This document shows positions 59,855-64,000 of a DNA stretch of 64,000 nt, one piece after another. The position numbers and the translations under genes are program-made. The stretch lies in contig CM030333.1 in the NCBI GenBank assembly GCA_017654855.1, positions 2,232,001 through 2,296,000 on the forward strand, given 5' to 3'. Within the stretch, counting starts at the first letter, position 1. Each line of letters starts with the position of its first letter. This DNA comes from Podospora anserina (lineage: Eukaryota). The notes under the pieces were generated by a model, which ran no database searches, was not told the origin of the DNA, and saw only the letters and a list, made by a program, of their open reading frames with translations.

Positions 59855-61974
59855 ATGGCAGTCAACAATGTTCAGATTTTCCAATTGGGTATCCGGGACC
59901 AATTCAATGGTGTAACGGAAAGGGAGCAAAGATATGCGCACCACAAGGCACGGTAGGGCCCAGTCTGCCACCACTCTGCTTTGGCCATTCCATCCTGCTG
60001 ATGACTTGTTTAGTGCCGCTTGGTATGGAGCTCGTATCATTCTAGAACAAGTCTCTCTAGAGTCTCGCCCGATTTTCGATTTCATTCTTGAGCTTCACCG
60101 GGCCTGTTCTGCGAACTGGGATGCAATTGTTGGTCAAGTAGGCATGGAGAGGGACCAGCTGCGGCAATTTCTCACCTACGCCGCGACATTCCTTTCAAAT
60201 GTCGGCAATCACTATGGCTCGGGGGATCAGAAGTTTACCTTCGAGATCGATCAACGCTGTTCCCGCCTTACAGCCTCGGTTTCCCGAGCGACACTACGCA
60301 GAGCAGCTACTACCCTGGCGACCCGGTTTCAGAAGAGGAGATAGCCATGGTGTCGAGGATCCTTGAGCAGAACTCTATTCTCCCCGAGAATACCCGGATT
60401 CGAAGGGTGAACAACAGTGCAAATGACTCTGAGGTCCTTGTCGCTTCGGTCCAGCGTGACGACGACGCAAGCCGCATCCGTACCTTTCCCACCCCAGGCC
60501 TAAAGGGTGTGATACGACTGATTCGAGGAGACCACTCCTCTGCGTTGGAAAACATCTGCAACGAACTCACCCAGGCTGCGAAGTTCGCCGCCAACGACAC
60601 CCAGGTCGACTTCCTCCGGAAGTATGCAGAAAGCTTCCAGACAGGCAGTCTGAACACGTACCGGGAGTCCCAACGGATTTGGGACCGGGACGAGGCACCG
60701 CGAGTTGACTTCTCGAGCATCCACAGTGAGTTGTATTGAAACCAAGGCTTGTGGGTTGTGTGTTGCTGACCATAGTAAAAGCTCTTGCATACTGTTCTAG
60801 TATCATCTTTCCGGGGATCAACTTGCCCAATGTATGTTAAGAGGATTGAGGCTGTCCATTTTTCTCACTGAATGTTATGCTAGCATGGTCCTAGTACAAT
60901 GATATCCGTCAGGAGGATGGCTTCAAGAATGTCATTATTTCCAACAGGATGGCGACGGAGAGCAGGGCGCTACAATACCCTTTCATCGACCCCTCGGAGG
61001 CAGAGACGTTTACCAAGCACAAGTTCCCCGCGTACCATTGGTGGGTTGTGCTCCATGAGCTGCTGGGCCATGGTACAGGACAAACGATGGTCGAAACCGA
61101 GGAAGGGAAGCAAAATTTTGACATCGACAATCCGCCTATCAGCCCGCTTACTGGAAAGTCGATCACTACCTGGTATAAGCCGGGTCAGACTTGGACTGGT
61201 CAGTTTGCTGATCTTGCCACGACGGTTGACGAATGCAGGGCCGAGCTCGTTGAGCATATCTGATGGACGATCCGGAGCCGTTGGAGTTATTTGGGTTTAC
61301 AGCCAGCTCAGAGATTAGCGTTGAAGACCGCGAGTTCTCACTGCTCTAAGACGGCTTGAGGGTACTGATATTGTTGGACATTCGTCACCTTCAACGTATA
61401 CCAGCAACTTGATGTTGATGGGCTCCGAGGCCTCTCGAACTTCAATGTTAACACCGGTGTGAGCATCTATGCGACGAACAGTGAACGATAACTATGTGCT
61501 AACTACAACACAGAAATGGGGTCAAGCCCATAGCAGGGTAGGCGTTCCAAAACAATTGCGCATGTATGTCTCCTAACAATACGATAGGCCCATTTCGCTG
61601 TTCTCAAATGTCTGTTGCTTGATGGCAATGGGGCGGTGACGGTAGTCCATGACGGCTTGGCAAAGACCGTCAGAGTTCGAGTGGACCAATCCAAGATCCT
61701 CACGCATGGCAAGGTTGCTCTTGGCAGCATGCTCCTGAGGCTGCACATGTATCGCTGCACAGCCGACGCGAGTGCCTGCCGCGCATATTATGAAGAGCTC
61801 TCAGCCGTGGATGGCGAGTACCTTGAGTGGCGGGAGACGGTGTTGGCGAACAAGCCTCCGCCATTTGTGTTTGTCCATGCCAACACTTTCTTGGATGGCG
61901 AGAAGGTAGTGTTGAGGGAGTATGAGCCCACAGCTGAGGGTGTTATCCAGAGTTGGGCAGAACGGAGTGTATGA
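59855..61974 (+). pseudogene. Dipeptidyl peptidase III (M49) homologue, disrupted
   Basis: YAHH..AAWYG, FLSNVGNHYGSGDQKF, GINLPN/YNDIRQEDGFKNV, HELLGHG and DECRAE are recognisable. Frameshift near 60240-60260, apparent internal deletion near 60705, and a 1-nt frameshift near 61250. Confidence 0.8.
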
Positions 61975-62100
61975 TCCTTTCGAGCACAGTCTCCTGTTTT
62001 CCTTCTCTCGCCCCCTTACCATCCCATTCTGCAGCAACATCTTCCACGACCCAACGATCTCCTATTTCCAAATCTTCATTCATGAGGTTTCCAACTAAAT

Positions 62101-63076
62101 TCAGTCCCCGACTTTCTTCATAGAGTCAACATACTGCAAGATTTGAAAGACCATCTGCACAAGACCGATCAGAATGCTTGATGTGCCAAAGATCAGGACG
62201 CTCCAGAACGCGAGCCATGCGGTCGAGTCCCGCCTGTCCTGCCATAGCTGGCGAAGAGAGCGTGGTTTCTTGCCTGCTGCATAACTGTTCAACCGGACAA
62301 TCCTGCTGCGAAGATGGGGGAAGTCACCAGCAAGATTGTACTCATCCCGCCCAGTCAACGGCACAGGACACTGAAATCTCTTCCGACCGCAGAGCTCGAC
62401 GAGGAGCTGATCTTGACCCTGAGGTGTGGCAGATGTAGGTTGCAGCCGGCGAAATGCCAGATATTGATCTTTTACCTTGCCCAATGATCAAACGGTACGA
62501 AAGCAACACCTCCTCCAGCAGACCTGTGACACCCTCCTCGGTTGCCCACGGGACCAAATCCGGTCTGTCGAATGCGCAGCGATATACCACACTGTTGCGC
62601 CCTTCATTCCCGTCCACCCCTCGGTGTTGCTGGAGACTCGCGACGCAAAATGATGGGTATCGGTAGACGAAAAGCCTCCCTGAAGGTCTGTCGAGCTCGA
62701 GGTGGCAGGGTAGGCAGTCGACCCATTGAATCTCCACGCGGCAGACACTTTGCCGTCCGAGGACAGAAAATACGAGGTCTTTGGCGGACTGAGGACCTTC
62801 GTCGTTGTCTTGGATTGATATGGTGCCGGAACTTATGAGCGTGTCCGTGATGCTGCTGATGCTTTTGGGCCCTGGGCGGAGGATGAGTTCTGGTATCTGG
62901 TCCCAAAGGAGAAAGAAGCCCGTCCAGTCGGGATCTCCATCGAAATCAATCTCCGGCAGACATAGGAAGATTCGTCGTGGCTGACTACGGACCTGCTCGA
63001 TCACCCAGGAACGGTACCATGGCAGTTCATCAAAGACGCGATCAGAGGAGGATGGGAGCTTTTCGGTCAAGGTCAC
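62101..63076 (-). pseudogene. Frameshifted uncharacterised ascomycete membrane-protein gene
   Basis: Two overlapping ORFs (62342-63076 and 62101-62484) carry consecutive protein-like blocks WVDCLPCHLELD..YRYPSFC..EVLLSYRLIIGQ and DFPHLRSRI..KPRSLRQLWQDRRD plus a TM segment. No intron signals at the frame switch (~62470). Confidence 0.6.
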
Positions 63077-63764
63077 GGTGATGGAACGTGACGATGGCCC
63101 TATTTCATCACAAGGCTGGGGTCAGTGTTGACACTCAGAGATATATATGGAGGGGGAAACGCGTACTGAATACCGTGAAGTTTCTCAGGCTTTGGGGCAT
63201 GGTGTGAGGTAGATTATCTCTGGAGCAAGATAGACATCAAGTTGAAGTTATTATTTTGTCAATTGATATCACAGCATGTGCTATATAATAGCGGACAGCT
63301 GTAATGTCGCACCGTGTACTCAAAACATACCATCATGTATTATCTCTGTGCTGAACGTCCTGGAACCACAGTTTGAATGCAACCTTCAGCTGAGCCTGAC
63401 CCGGCCATGACTTCAGGAAACACGGTTTGTTGCAACCAACGGGGAGTTTTTTGTTAGACGGCGACCAGAGGGCGCGTGTGAAACAGCAGTTCAAGCCACC
63501 TTTAAAGGTGATTTGTGACAAGGGTGGGAAGTGTGGTTGACCTCCCCTCTTTTCATCACAGAGCTGATAACTCTCTTCATCCTTTCCTGTAGCCCCTAGC
63601 CCCTCGTCAGAGCCCCTCCGCTTCTTTGCTCAAAGAGCCGCGCTGTGTTCTCATCAATGAAGATGACAACAACACCAACGTGAGTGCCGTCCATTCCAGC
63701 TCGTGTACTTGAAGCTGGTGAGTAAAGATAGGGTAGTGACCATGTTTTCAGACCAGATACCAGG

Positions 63765-64000
63765 GGCACGGCCTCTGAGACTCTCCAAGACGTCCTTGAC
63801 ATGTTGGAGAAACTCAGCCTTACTCTTCCTCGTTTCCAAATCTGGGAAGAGACCCTCCCACTCGACCGTCGACTGCAGAGCACCCTCGTCGATGTGTATT
63901 GTGAGGTTATCTGCTTCTACGCGCGAACGATTTACTTCCTTCGAAGCAATCCCCACCTTGTCCTAAGGAAGAACTCCTGGCGGGCCTTTCGCAATGACTT
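63765..64000 (+). CDS. N-terminal helical domain (Goodbye/DUF7708-like) of a fungal NLR/STAND protein, partial; runs off the window
   Basis: Open frame not in the ORF track: GTASETLQDVLDMLEKLSLTLPRFQIWEETLPLDRRLQSTLVDVYCEVICFYARTIYFLRSNPHLVLRKNSWRAFRND. It resembles the domain preceding NB-ARC/NACHT-TPR in ascomycete NLRs. Confidence 0.6.

Noticed and set aside
59855..63076. A-to-I editing rescue of premature stops in the broken genes
   Set aside because: The lesions are frameshifts and deletions, not single in-frame TAG codons at conserved Trp positions.

Overview
Gene-dense eukaryotic DNA from a filamentous ascomycete. GT-AG introns with CTRAC branch points and the gene content point to Sordariomycetes, probably Sordariales/Podospora-like (inference). 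Bases 1-59.4 kb carry about 20 intact spliced genes: TPT-family transporter, ubiquitin C-terminal hydrolase, ALB1, ATF/CREB-like bZIP, RPA3, Ams2/Spt21-like GATA factor, a Ser/Pro/Lys-rich hypothetical protein, ECM14, a Sec7-PH ARF-GEF, WAPL, uracil phosphoribosyltransferase, ELF1, URC1/urg1 GTP-cyclohydrolase-II-like, a small uncharacterised protein, RPS1/eS1, a Rab18-like GTPase, an ABHD11-like hydrolase, GH115 alpha-glucuronidase and SRP72. An intron-containing tRNA-Phe(GAA) also lies here. The last ~4.4 kb is a decaying accessory zone with a broken dipeptidyl-peptidase III copy, a frameshifted hypothetical gene and the N-terminal domain of an NLR-like gene running off the edge. Best leads: (1) the UPRT-URC1/urg1 linkage, with a 4-nt micro-exon next to an intron that has TPP-riboswitch-like motifs in order; (2) an unexplained structured GC-rich element with a hairpin and T-run at ~20.2-20.35 kb; (3) a Rab18-like GTPase with an altered G4 motif. 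Exon boundaries were read by eye and product calls come from motif recognition, not database searches.
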